Source: Azolla caroliniana (lineage: Eukaryota; Plantae; Polypodiophyta). From it: a DNA stretch of 64,000 bases. The notes beneath the pieces are model-generated. The model saw nothing but the letters and a program-made list of their open reading frames with translations. It ran no database searches and was not told the origin of the DNA. The stretch is from positions 992,001-1,056,000 of the forward strand of contig JBHGNT010000007.1 of the NCBI GenBank assembly GCA_043228905.1, given 5' to 3'. This document shows, piece by piece, positions 48,186 to 60,530 of this stretch. How positions within the stretch are numbered: the stretch's first letter is position 1; each line of letters opens with the position of its first letter. A program made the translations under genes and the position numbers.

Positions 48186-49476
48186 AGACGGGCCGCTTTT
48201 CTCCGTCCCAACTCTCTTGGCGCATACCGGAGGATGCGCGGTTAGGTGGGGGCGGATGTCGTGAAGAAAACCGTCCATAAGCGGAATCGGCGCACCAAGG
48301 CGTGGGAACCGGTTCTTCACGCGCGCACGCTCCAAGTTGAACATAGAAACGAATTAGGAGGATAATCGGCAGGAACGGGCCCTAACACAAGTGGAGACAA
48401 AGACCGCGCGAACAGTCTTTTCGGTCGCGCGCGAGCTAAGGGACTGCACGAGTCGGCGGCGTAACTACGCGGATGCGTGAAGAACGGAGCGGATCCCTGT
48501 TCGAAAGGGACAGGGAATAAAGCTGACATGACGGCCTGCTCGTCGGCCTATATAAGGAGCAGGAAAGAGCTGTTGCAGGGATCTCGCGCAGAGAGGACGA
48601 AGTGCTGTCAGACCGTTTCTGGACGCTTCTCTCTCTGTTTCCTTCCTTCTTGAGCTCCATAGCTTTTCTGTGCAGGGTTCCGAGGAGGCTCGCGCTGTTT
48701 CGAGGAACGCCCGAGTGCTTCCGGCAGCACCTCCGACCTGCTACCCCTTTGTGCGTCGAAGCGAACAAGCATCGGCATATGTTCGCCGGCCTGTTCGGTT
48801 GTAACCAACCTGTGCCCCATCGAGGGTTGTAGTCGCGTTAGCCATTTTTGTTAATATACATATTTAGTCATTCGCATCTGTCTGTGTCGGTGTCTGTTCG
48901 CGTTCTCCGTGCTGAAGGGCCGTGTCCCTGTGTATCCCCGGTCCTGCGTAGCCGGTTCTCTCTCTTTCTCCTCCCTCGCTTGCTCTTTGGTTCGAGACCC
49001 CCGCGGTCCCGCCTCGTTTTCCACACGCACTTGCGTAATATCTCGACAACGTATGAGTATGATACGAATATTGGCGTTTGAGTATGACACGAATGGGACG
49101 TATGGCTAGAACTATGATTGAAATATGTGAATGCAAATGCAAAAACCCCTATTACATTTAGAGTATACTAGTCTTACAAAAAAGATTGACAATGTCAAGA
49201 TCCAAAATGTCTTCACCTAGGGAGTGAAATCACTAAACCATCAAGTTTAAAACAAACTTGGTTTCAAGTGGAAAACATTTTCAGCATACTCAAGTGGGTG
49301 TTTGGAGCACCAGTGGAAAACATTTTCAACCAAACCACCCTTTTAGCACACCCTTTTTAGCACGCATGTAACTAAGCCAACCCAAATTGGTACCTTTCTA
49401 TCAACTATAAATTGAGCAAGAAGTAAGAAGCTAAATAGGCTGGTTTTGATCTCTTATGTGCATTTCATAATATAAT

Positions 49477-49770
49477 TAACAAGGATTTTTTACACAACTA
49501 AATAATAATAATGAGAAGGATTTTTTCACGTAATGTATGTATGTACTTACTATGTGTGTTTATAATATATATAGTAATTACCGACCTTTGCTTTTTGCCT
49601 GCATTTTTTTGTTGCTTTTTTATTGTGTATGTGTGTGTGGGCCGAGAAATTAATCAAGCTTTTAGGGCCCGATCCATATTTTGCCCAAGTTTATTATTGT
49701 GTTATCTAAGTTTAATTAATGTGACCGATCTGTATTGCAACCAAATTGGAACTCCAACTTTGGAGTGGGT
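49477..49770. repeat. dispersed copy of the upstream region of the peptide gene (12825-13260)
   Basis: Shared blocks acaaggatttt..cacaac.aaataata, tttgcccaagtttattatt and tattgcaaccaaattggaactcc..ctttggagtgg. Confidence 0.85.
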
Positions 49771-50549
49771 TGTGTGTGTGTGTGAGCTCGTAGTGAATGA
49801 TTGGTGATGTTCCAAAATATTACTACTCAATGTTGCATTTTGAGAGTGTACAAAACATTGTTGCACAAATTGCCGATTTGTATGCACCAAGAGAGAGTTT
49901 TCGGTGGTTTAATTGTTTAGGGAGGGGACCCAAATACAAGAAGGGAAGATCCTAGGAACAAGGAAGAATTTGATTATTAGATTATGTGATAAGTACCTTA
50001 ACATGATTAAGTTGGCATAAATCAAAATTTTGATTGATAAGACATGATTTCCCATTATTGACTTTGGTGGATTCTAGAAATGGGATCCCTAGAGGGGGGA
50101 AGGACCAAAAATGGCTCATCCATAAACTCTTTCATCTACCTTGTTTACATAGTACAATTTCAAAATCTTGATTTGATAAAATGGGTGATGTTTCTTGTTG
50201 TGCAATATCTTTGTTTCTCGTCCCTTCACTCCTCAAACAAGCATGTGGATTGTGGGAAAGTCTCATGTAGTTAATATTTAACCATTTATTTTGTGTGAGT
50301 GTAATTATGTAGTAAAGAGTAGCACTAGAGTTTGCTCAAGTAGTTACTTTAAATACATTAGTAGCTTGAGAGCGGTTGACACTTGCCCTTGCTCGTCTTG
50401 CTAACAAAATAGTTGGATGGTGATACGTTCCCGCACACTTGCCTCAAGGCGGATCCTATAAAAAACACCAGAGTAAGTAGTTTTTGACGCAAATGCCAAA
50501 AGACACCGACACTTTGTGATCAACAATCTCATCTTGACAAATACCTAAG

Positions 50550-53225
50550 ATCCACTAGGTATAGAGAAATACCAATGAAACTTTGGTAGATATGACCAAA
50601 TGGTTGGACTAATGCACACTTGAAGATGGGGGGGTTGGGGGGGGGTCTACATCTTGGATGCTTCCAAACAAAGATTATGGAATGTTTCTAGATGAAGTAA
50701 TAGGATCGCATTATGTTGCCCTCATTAAGGTCACCAATGTGGCAATACAACTCAACTACCAAGAACCTCATACATTTCATGTATTGTTGTTCAGTTTTAA
50801 GTTTTGCCTAGGCATAGGTCTATTTTTTGGAGATTTCCATGAAGTACTACATTTCCCTCGTGAATGTGCCAACTCATTAATTATTAAAGCTCTGCCATCG
50901 GTCATCCTTGACATAAATAGACTAGAGTTGGAAGAATATTGCAGGAATGAGGTTGCCGAATGTTTGAAATCATAGAACAATTACCTGACAAATGTCGAGT
51001 TATAACGCATATTGTAAGCGTGTAAGGTGAGGGAACTTCAAAAAGAATAAACCCAACACTTCTTCTATTGGGTAGCCAACCCAAAATCATTGCATTGGGA
51101 AAATTATATTGCTACACAAGTGCACTTAGAGTATAAGTCAAAACGCAAGCCCAAACTTGAACCCAAAAAATTTAGGGTTCCAACAAAGAAGAATAACATA
51201 CATCGGTACTAGTGCATAGAGTTACGTAAAAGTACTCGTAGACTTAAAAAAAATTATGGTTAGTATATATTGAAAAGGAGACAGTATTTGAGAACCATAA
51301 CCATAACTGAAATGGTTCAACAAAAAGCAAATCTTCAAATTTTATATAGCATACATAGGATCATGCATTATCACCACTTGGCATACATGTTGTGTACCTC
51401 TTGGCGTCATCTATTGTATACACTGTTACATAACTCTAAATAATAATATTTATGATGGTTAGAGTGTAAGACTCTTGTTTAAAGGGTTACAATTTTGAAT
51501 CTTGACATTGACATTTTGTCACAGATAGTGGAACAAGAGTATGGACAAGATAGCCACCATACTGTGATCATCTTAGGGTCTTTAAATGTGACGCATATGT
51601 GAATGTTCTGAAACAACTAAGGCAGAAATCGGATTATAGATGTAAATAATGCATTTTTATTGGTTATGGAATCAATGGGCAGGTTGGATATCACTTATGG
51701 GATTTTGACACACGTACTATAGTCAAAAGTAGCAATGTTGTTTTCAATGAAAGTCTGGTGCATAAGAAACCCATAAAGGAGGTGAAAGTGAGAAAAGTGG
51801 TACTTAAGGATGTTATACCCTTTGTTCACGTGAAACGGGAAATTTCCACTAATGTAGATGTTTCCATATGTGCTCAGCCATGTAAAAAGATTGCTAACTA
51901 GAACGATGATGCTCAACATGATTATGTTTGGAATGATGATGTTGGGCCTTGGCATACAAAACCCAGCAAAAGGTGGCTTTTATAGAATTTTTAGAAAGCA
52001 AATATTCCCCTTTCACACTACAGCATCCATTAGCCTACATTATTCCTTCTTTAGTTTGTTCTATTCCCCTTTTTTCTAAGGTTGGTTGAGCTCGGTGTCT
52101 TTTGTTGGTGCCATGATCGTCACGTCACGTCTGGTGTGTCGAGTGTCGGATACTTAATAGTACTCTATGTAGGTGCCATGCACATGGCCAATAAAAACAA
52201 GTATAAGTTGCCTATGCAAAAGAAAAATCTGGGTCAAACGCTTGACATGAAAAATTTGGGAAATGCAAAATACATTCTTGGTATGCATATTATTACTCAT
52301 GGTAGGAGTAAGTGGAAGTATATATCCAAAATACACAAAATGCATATTATTCATGATGGGAGTAATGGATGTATTTATTTTGTCTCACTCTAAGTATATA
52401 TCCAAAATACTCAAAATGCGTATTACTCACAATAGGAGTAATGGATATATTAAATTATTTTGTCTCACTCTAAATATATATCCAAAATACTCAAAAGGTT
52501 TAATATAGAGAGTGGAAAATCTTTGACGACACCATTATTTGTGCGTGTAAAATGGAACAAAAGTGAATGCCCCAAATCAAAGTAATGTTAAAAAAGAATT
52601 CATGAGCAAAATTCTTTATAAGTCTGTTGTTGGTAGCCTCATGTATGCCATGATAGTGATTGGGCCAGAGATTGCGTTGTTGTGGGATATCCCGATAAGA
52701 AACACTAGGAAGCACTTAAGATATACGAAGTGGCACTAGGGATATGTTTGGGTGGTGGAAATATATACATGATTAGATATACGAACTTTGATTACGTTGG
52801 TTGTCTAACAACAGAAAATCTACTTCAAGATACGTCTTTTAGTTTATGGGAGGTGCCATATCTTGGAGATCTTAGCTCCAAGAATGTACTACTCTGGCTA
52901 CTACAGAAGCAGAGTATTTTGTAGCTAGTGAGGCATGTAAGGAAGTTTTATGGCTTTCCATACTAGCATGTGACATGGGCATTCCTCAACTTAAACCCAT
53001 ATTGTTTTGTGACAGTTACAATGTCCTTGTGTAAGCTAAAGATCCAGTTTATCATGTCAAGACCAAGCATATTGAAGTGCAAGATCATTTCATCTGGGAA
53101 TGCATAATTGTTAGCTACATCAATCTTGAGCAGGTTGTTTCTTGGGAAAATGTTGCAAATGCATTGACCAAAGCTTTACTGCATGATATGTTGGAACATA
53201 GTTGTCACTTCATGGGATTCACTTA
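50550..53225 (+). mobile_element. old, fragmented Ty1/copia remnant
   Basis: Frameshifted motifs DMKNLGNAKYILGM, YTNFDYVGC..RKSTS, ISWRS..TTEAEY, PVYHVKTKHIEV and ANALTKAL. Left boundary is approximate. Confidence 0.8.
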
Positions 53226-55896
53226 GTTCTTTATGTTACACAAATTTTCCCTTGTGTATGAGTAACTTGTTGTAATTATTAGAAATAGTGTTAATTATTT
53301 GTCATGCGACTTCACTTCGTATACTTTCTCAAAATGGAAATTGGCATCTCAATGAAGAAACAATGTAACGAGAGAAAGAAAGAAGGGTTTATTAATGTCT
53401 ATATACCAAACAAGAGATTACATCTTAAACAATTGTCTCGTTTTTTAGAACAAATCAAAATAAATGTAACTAAGCATAAAATAAATAGAAGTAAACTAAG
53501 ACATTGTGAAAGTTTCTCATCATCTATACAACGTATAAGATTCTCAAATAAAATATATTGCATGCATGACAAAATCCTAATGCCCAATCTATCGTAACCA
53601 CTTTGCAATGTTCTAGTTTGGAAAACCCATTAGTGTAACGCTTGATTGACTTGTAGTTGGAGTAGGAGTGATGGGGCTAAAGGAAGTTATGATTGTTCTT
53701 TATTGATGAGCTTGTGTGGTTGTATTGTTCTTCCAATGTCTCTTTAGCTCTAGCAAGAAAAGCACCATGCATCGTTGGTCCTCATATTCCACTATCTTAC
53801 ATAGTGGGCCAAAATAAATTGCATTGCCTAGATCATATAAGTGCCTAATACCTATCAAACTCTAGCCATATTTCAAGCCAACGAGGTACATGTTAGGACA
53901 TCAATTGGGTAGATATGCATGTAGTTACCTCTCACAATTGTTGGTAAGGATGATAGCTCACCCCTTTTAACATAGTTAGAGTACTGATGAAAATCTTGGA
54001 TTAACTACCTCCATGGGCCTAAAGCAAGTGTACAAAAGGTTAAGTGTATATAACCTCGCTACTAGTAGGACCTCTAGATAAAGACTAATTAGTACAATTC
54101 AAGGTTTGGGTTGGGATATTAAATTGCACGTTGTTGCGAAGCTGACACTTCACGATATCGAAACAATGTTAAAATTTTGGAGAAAGACTTTTACCATCGA
54201 CAAGGTGCACGTGCAAATTTACAGGTTTGTGAATTGGAGTCCAGAAGCCCAAGATACAACCTTTAGAAGGATCATTAAGGTTCAAGATTGTTAAGGACGA
54301 AAATGTAATTATATCAAAGGGGGCAGTCAAGATAAAATAAGGACGGTTTTGTAATATTCCAAAAGGTGTAATTTTATAATTGAAGTTTTAAATTAAGAAA
54401 AACAATACAACCACCCATGCGTGAGGTGGTGAACAAACCGCCTCGAGGGTGGCAAAGGTGGTTTATCCCCCTATAAAAGCCCCTCTCCCATGGTGGGGAA
54501 AGGCATGGAATAAGAAATCAAGTGAGTGAAGGAGCTAGCAAGTTTGCCATAAAGGAGGCCACTTAAGAAGACGATATGTGTAAGGAGGTGTATAGCCTCA
54601 TCTTCTTGCCATCGCACCATCCGCAGTCACGCCTTGTCATACCAATCGTCCCCAAGTCACTGAACCCTAGCAATTGCAACACACACCCGTAATCTTTACG
54701 ACAATGGTGGAGATAGTGAAAACTCAAAGTATTAACAATATTGGTGTACCATACCCTAACCTAGCGATCTTGCTTAAAAGATGATAGAGAATGTTAGAGA
54801 AACTATGTCTACTAAATTCTTGATAGTGACACTTCAAAAACCAACTTACTTTGACTAAGTGTATACACTTTCATATCTTCGGGTAGATATGAGGATACAA
54901 TTGATATTACTATATATACATGGAGAAAATTAACCACTTTGACCATTAGAAAATAGGAATTGATATTTCTCTCTAAGGAATAAATAGTTGATGACTCAAC
55001 AAGAAGTCCACAATTAAGACATTAGAAACATTAGCAAAGCTATACTAATGTATCTACTATCAAACTCATTCTAGGAATACATAGGGTTTCTGAGTCATAT
55101 TCAAAATATGGACAAAAAACTTATTTAATATGAGAAATATTTCTCAGATAATAGAACAAAGCTATACCCATGGGCAATTGAAATGTAACACACTCACTCT
55201 TGGAATACATAGGATTTCTACTTCATATTCAAAAGACGGCCAAAAAACTTACTTAATATGAGAAATATATCTTAGATAACAGAGCAACAACTAGAACCTG
55301 ATGATTTTAAAGCATTCAAAGCCACATACATTTTCCACACCGTGTTATTGGTGAAACCCATCATTGATTTGCTAGGAAATTTTGAATCTGTTGAATGAAA
55401 TACACATCCATGCCAAACTAGCAGTTTACATAGGATTGAAATAACAGAACCAAACACTATAGACAGTAGACGTGGCTGAGGTTTTCACAAAAGAAAGGAA
55501 ATCTGCTTAGGACAATAGTAAAACCAAAACTACATGTCCATAGGTTCTATCTAAATTTGTCAAAGAATGTGGTGCTCTACAATATGGTGAGTCAATTCAT
55601 CCATCAACAAGTTTTTCAAAGACAGCCAGCCATTTTATGTTGGCAATGGTCCTCTATCCAAGTAGAGGGTGTCTTGTATAGTAAAAATTAGTTCATAATC
55701 TAACATTACAAACATAAGAGGCCCAGGTGGGCAGGTGAGATAGAGTTAGTTTCATCCATGATGAGGTTCCTTCATCTGGAGGGTAGAAATACATGTCAAC
55801 AATGTGTCTCAACAAGGTCAACAAGCACCCACCACTGTAACGAATGAGTACATGAATGAATTCCCAAGTTTTCTCTTTTCCAAATTCACAAGCAAA

Positions 55897-56490
55897 TCAT
55901 AGAGCCATAACAGCATCTCGGCTCGCTTCTACACTCGATACCTTGCTTTCCATCTCTTTAACCAACACCCCTGAACCTGGCCTCCTCACCTCTTCCAGAG
56001 GCGTAGGTGACACACAAGTATCCAGACCATTACCGATGCATGGCCGAGGTTCTATTGCATTAGATTTCTCTATGGGATATTGTAAAGCTGCAACATTCTC
56101 CTCTCTTTCAATGAACTTTGAATTGGGCGCAATATCATTCGCTTTGCATATCGGGGCCGACAAAGTTGGTTCAAAGACTGCACCCCTTAATACAGTTTGA
56201 GAGTTACCGACTCTTACAGTTAAGAGATAACCTGCATCAAATGATCCATCTAATACTCCGTGAACTTGTTGACCCACAAAAGCACCATCTAAAGGAGGCA
56301 ATACATTAATGACTTCATGTTGTTTCTTCTTTGTAATTTTCCGGGCCCTTCCATCCACACTTTTCGGGGTAGCTCCATTCTCTCCTATCGATGATATGAG
56401 TTCTCGATTCTTTGGTGGGCGGCCTTTCTTACGCTTGGGTGGAGCCACTTCGACCATATCAGCTAGCATTACTGGATTCTGTTCATTCAT
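55897..56490 (-). CDS. AT-hook protein of the METABOLIC NETWORK MODULATOR 1 (MNM1)-like family, ~197 aa
   Basis: AT-hook-like KRKKGRPPK plus the conserved block VGQQVHGVLDGSFDAGYLLTVRVGNSQTVLRGAVFEP..NDIAP. Likely start is MNEQ at 56490; the upstream ORF extension looks intronic. Confidence 0.9.
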   Translation of the reverse strand: MNEQNPVMLADMVEVAPPKRKKGRPPKNRELISSIGENGATPKSVDGRARKITKKKQHEVINVLPPLDGAFVGQQVHGVLDGSFDAGYLLTVRVGNSQTVLRGAVFEPTLSAPICKANDIAPNSKFIEREENVAALQYPIEKSNAIEPRPCIGNGLDTCVSPTPLEEVRRPGSGVLVKEMESKVSSVEASRDAVMAL

Positions 56491-59400
56491 CTTTGACTTC
56501 TCGAATTGTGATATGCATCCATACAAGCAAAGAATAACTTTAAAATCTATAAGCAAAAGACTACCAGAGTTTTGCCATATCAATTGCACACGTAGTGAAG
56601 CTACCATTACAGACTTTTCATTATTCACCATTCTCATTTTACAAGTAAAGAATTAACTGTAACAGATACAGCTACAAAAGACTAGCAATCTAACTATCTA
56701 CACAAATAGGTGCATTGGGTTTTTTGTTCATTCATAATTCTTTTTGTGAACTGTGAGAATCATACAAGCAAAGAAAAACTCCAATACATATAGGTTCAAG
56801 AAACTAATAAATTCTCACCATATCTAAGGGTTTTCTTAATTCACCACTATTTATGATTGTCTTTTCAAGTTGTGATATGCATACAAGCACACTAGCAACT
56901 CCAATATATATAGATACAAAATACTTATCATTCTCTTTAAGGACTGCAATATGCATATAAACATATTTACAAAATACTATTTATTCTTTTTCTGACTGCC
57001 ATATAGACGTAGGGATAAAGTAACTACTAACATTAATTTATATTGCAAAAGACTCACAGATTTTTCAGCATACGTTCGGAGATATGGATTTTGTATGCAA
57101 TTGAGCAGCCTCTACATTCTTTTCACAGAAAAACTATTGCAATTGCAACTAACTATGATTGTCAAGTAAGAAATAATATTTAAAGATTTCATCTTGTATA
57201 AAAAATGCGTGTTTCAGAAAATATCTACATTGTCAATGACCGCAATAGTCATTCCAATAAGCAGTCATGCCAAATTTAAACATGTTTTGTTTCACATTCT
57301 AAATTTCATTCAACAAATATTTTATCTTCAAATAGAATTCAGAGGACCTTTGTGTTCGAAATTCTCTAAATTTTCAATCACAGGACACACATTCTCATCA
57401 GAACAAGTTTCTCGATACAAGGGATTCGAACCAATAAATTCAGATATGCAAGGGAGAAGGATGAGCCAAAGGTAATACGTCAAAAGCCAAAACTTTCATC
57501 TTTTGCAAAAGCTTCTTAATTTCTATGTTACTCGAACTTTCTTTCCATAGAAAAAACTGAGAGCCATCAAAAAGAAATTACGAAAGGATGGAAGAAAGAG
57601 GGAAATTTTTTTATAATTAACATGTAATAGTAGTTGTCAGATATGAAAAGTTGGAAAGAGTAATAATTATCAATGTTTAAGCTCGCTCTGTTCTGTCTAT
57701 AGAACAGAGCGTCATAGCCATAACTGTGTCACATAGCCCAAACACAGAAATTAAAAATCCACAAGCAAAAAAGACTATATCTCTTCAATTTTGCAGTTCA
57801 CGAAGAATTATATTTAGAGGAAGAGTAAACAAAAAAACAGGGACTTAAAAAGACCGGAAATCCAGAAACAAAGATTTTTGTTTAATTACAATTCCAGAAT
57901 TATACGATATAGAAAGGAAGTCCAGAATGACATTGTCTGGAAGAGTTTGAGGACATGAGTAGAAGAGGTAAGAAAAAAGAAAGACATACCTGTATATGAA
58001 TGAAATGTACATAGATATTTCCAAGCTTCTTTTCTGTTTGTGAAGCTAAAATCTGTATTGGGTTTTGTACGAGCTTTTAACAAATCCAGAATCGAACCCT
58101 TGCACAATTTGCTTCTCTGTGATAAAAAGCCCAGAAAATATTTACTCTGTGCCACTCTGCATATGGAGGTTGGGCTTTCTTTATTTAACCTTATAGAAAC
58201 CCTAAGGTTAAAAACAAATAATAATAATAATAATAATAATAATTCAATTGACCGTTACACACAGAAAGTTATATAAAAAATAAAGAAAAATCAATCCACA
58301 TTTCCTTCAAAGGTTTTGATAAACTAGAAGAAAACATGAGAACCTTAGTAGCAATATGTATTTTAAAATCAATCCATTCGTTCAATTATAATACCTCATC
58401 CGATCAGTTTTCTCGAACGATAAACCTTGCATATTTAATCACATTTAGCTTCTCTCGAGGCACTAAGAGGCATAGAGAAAAAGGTGAGTATATATATACA
58501 TCAATGGTCGAGAGGTATAATGGAAGATACATTAGTATGTATTTGATCGTATCGTGTCATGTGGTGTGTGGTTTGCTTTGTCATTTGTCCCACACTCTAG
58601 CATTGCCATACTTAACTTGGCAACGATATATTTTGGGCTCACGAAAAGGCGTAAGACAGTAGTGTTTCGGCAATCTTTCCCCTCAATTATATAAATCTTC
58701 CTTCATGTGTGAGCCATGGTTTAAGTTGTCTCATGTCAGACACACCCCCATCATTACCCAATCAATAATATGTTAGGTCATGTCATTCCAACACCCTAAT
58801 GCAATAACATTATGGCGTGACTAGGTTTGCATCTTTTTGGGTTTTCATGGCTTTGGCTTTTGCCTATACTTCATAATGTTACTTAGAGTGAATCGACATC
58901 CTCAAGATATTTTTCGAAATATTCTTACTCAATTACAACCTATATATGCCCATTTAACTAAGCACAATTAAGTGGTGAGTGCTTGTGTTGGGCAAAGTGA
59001 ATATATAGCCATTTTCTACGACAACTAACAAAGAAATGGGGGATAGAGGGATTGGCTCAAGGATTTATATTAAGATGAAGTACACAATATTAAGCCAAGT
59101 AATTTGTGACAATATCCATATTACTCGGAGTACTTTTTTAGTTTATCAAAAAAATAATATTACTAAAAAAACCTAGAAGTTTTGATATCCATATTACTCG
59201 GATTACTTTAATGTACTGGAAATATTATCATTTTTAGTAACTTGCAAAACCATTAGGAGAGATACAATTTGGGGAGTTGCAAACTTAATTATGGCTTACT
59301 TAGAAACTAATTCATTATTGCTGTGCCGAATGTAATGTGATTAGCATTGCAAATTGCATGGTGCTTTTGTAATTAGAGTGATCGTGATTAGAGCCTAATA

Positions 59401-59991
59401 TACATGAATTCATGTAGGCATGGATCTCTAATAAGAATGAAAGATTTATGTCCACCTGAGTTTGAATGATTGAGCATTAAAAAATATAAAACTCATCATG
59501 CATTATCCAATATTTCATTTATGCTGAACACTGGATACTTTATCCTTATGCAAATTTTCTCACTTGTAAGGGATATTTCAGCCAAACAAAATAAGCTGGC
59601 CATTTGATTAATCCTATACGAGCAAAATTAAATCTCTCAACGATTCATCAAAACAAAATAATATCATGATTACAATCCGACGAAAACAAAATGCAAGACT
59701 TTCGAGTTATAAACTGCAGAACACAAGGTAAAAATCATATAATATTATCTCAATAATGACAATGTGATCACACAAAATGCTATTCAAGTTTAGAGCCAAT
59801 CCCATGAAGTACTTTGTATTACTTATGATTAGCTCTTGCATTCTAGTTTTTCTATCAAGTACAAAAATTGGATTTGGATTTCCTACAAACTATGTTTAGT
59901 GGTTACCATAGCAAAAGTACAGAATATCTTATAATTTTAGGTTCATCCACATGTATTGCAACTTACAACTAAAAACTAGATGGGGATAGAA

Positions 59992-60530
59992 TTATGAGTG
60001 TTGTCGATTGATAAGATACATCGGTGTGGATGTTGAATTGAGCTCCCAACAACTATCTATAATCCCTTGACCATGACTTGCACTAATTGGGTGACCAGGT
60101 ACACGAGGAGAGAATCTTTCAAGATCCCAAGGAGGAACCCAATTCACATTCTCTTCCCCCAATTGTGCATGAAAAAGTGTTTTAAACTTTTCTACTTTGA
60201 ATACCATAGAGACACACACACATCTCATCCACAACGCCTTTGAGAATCTTTACCATATCATACTCATTCCTAGTATCCATGTTTAGATTCTCCAAATTCT
60301 CTTGTACAATGCCCACATTTCCCACACCTTGGGCATACCTTATAAACACTTTTCGAAACCTTATCAATGTTTATCAAATGTGAGAAAACGTTTAGATTCT
60401 CACTTGTATAAGCACTACTGAGCTTGACATCACTGCAAGCTATGAGAAGCTCACATCTAACTAGACCAAAGTATCACTTGAGGAGATTGAGCCTCAAACC
60501 AAGTCATTTGCAGTTTAAATGGCCTCAAAC
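59992..60530 (-). pseudogene. frameshifted DUF3444-like domain remnant behind the J-protein stop codon
   Basis: Successive frames give PFKLQMTWFE, ACSDVKL..LNVFSH, EMWALYK, EYDMVKIL, KVEKFKTLF, LERFSPRVP and CWELNSTSTP. Confidence 0.8.

Larger units (their letters stand above)
41742..49048 (+). mobile_element. near-intact non-chromovirus Ty3/gypsy element E (7.3 kb)
   Basis: LTRs 41742-42535 and 48257-49048 (TGTCG..CGACA; about 7 substitutions plus one 2-bp indel by eye). 4-bp TSD ACGT. PBS at 42540-42557; PPT AGGTGGGGGCGGA at 48244-48256. Domain order PR-RT-RH-INT. Confidence 0.97.

Noticed and set aside
42351-48344. Many long antisense and alternative-frame ORFs within element E
   Set aside because: Shadow ORFs expected in GC-rich coding DNA; no motifs.
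54130-54701. Possible solo LTR (TATA-like ctataaaag, ends ..acgaca)
   Set aside because: No matching TSD or convincing 5' terminus found.
55035-55270. ~125-bp tandem duplication downstream of the AT-hook gene, and ~85-bp repeats at 52280-52500
   Set aside because: Ordinary local duplications with no further structure.
56491-56637. N-terminal 49 aa of the 246-aa AT-hook ORF
   Set aside because: T-rich and intron-like on the coding strand, with AG acceptors just before the ATG at 56490; probably not coding.
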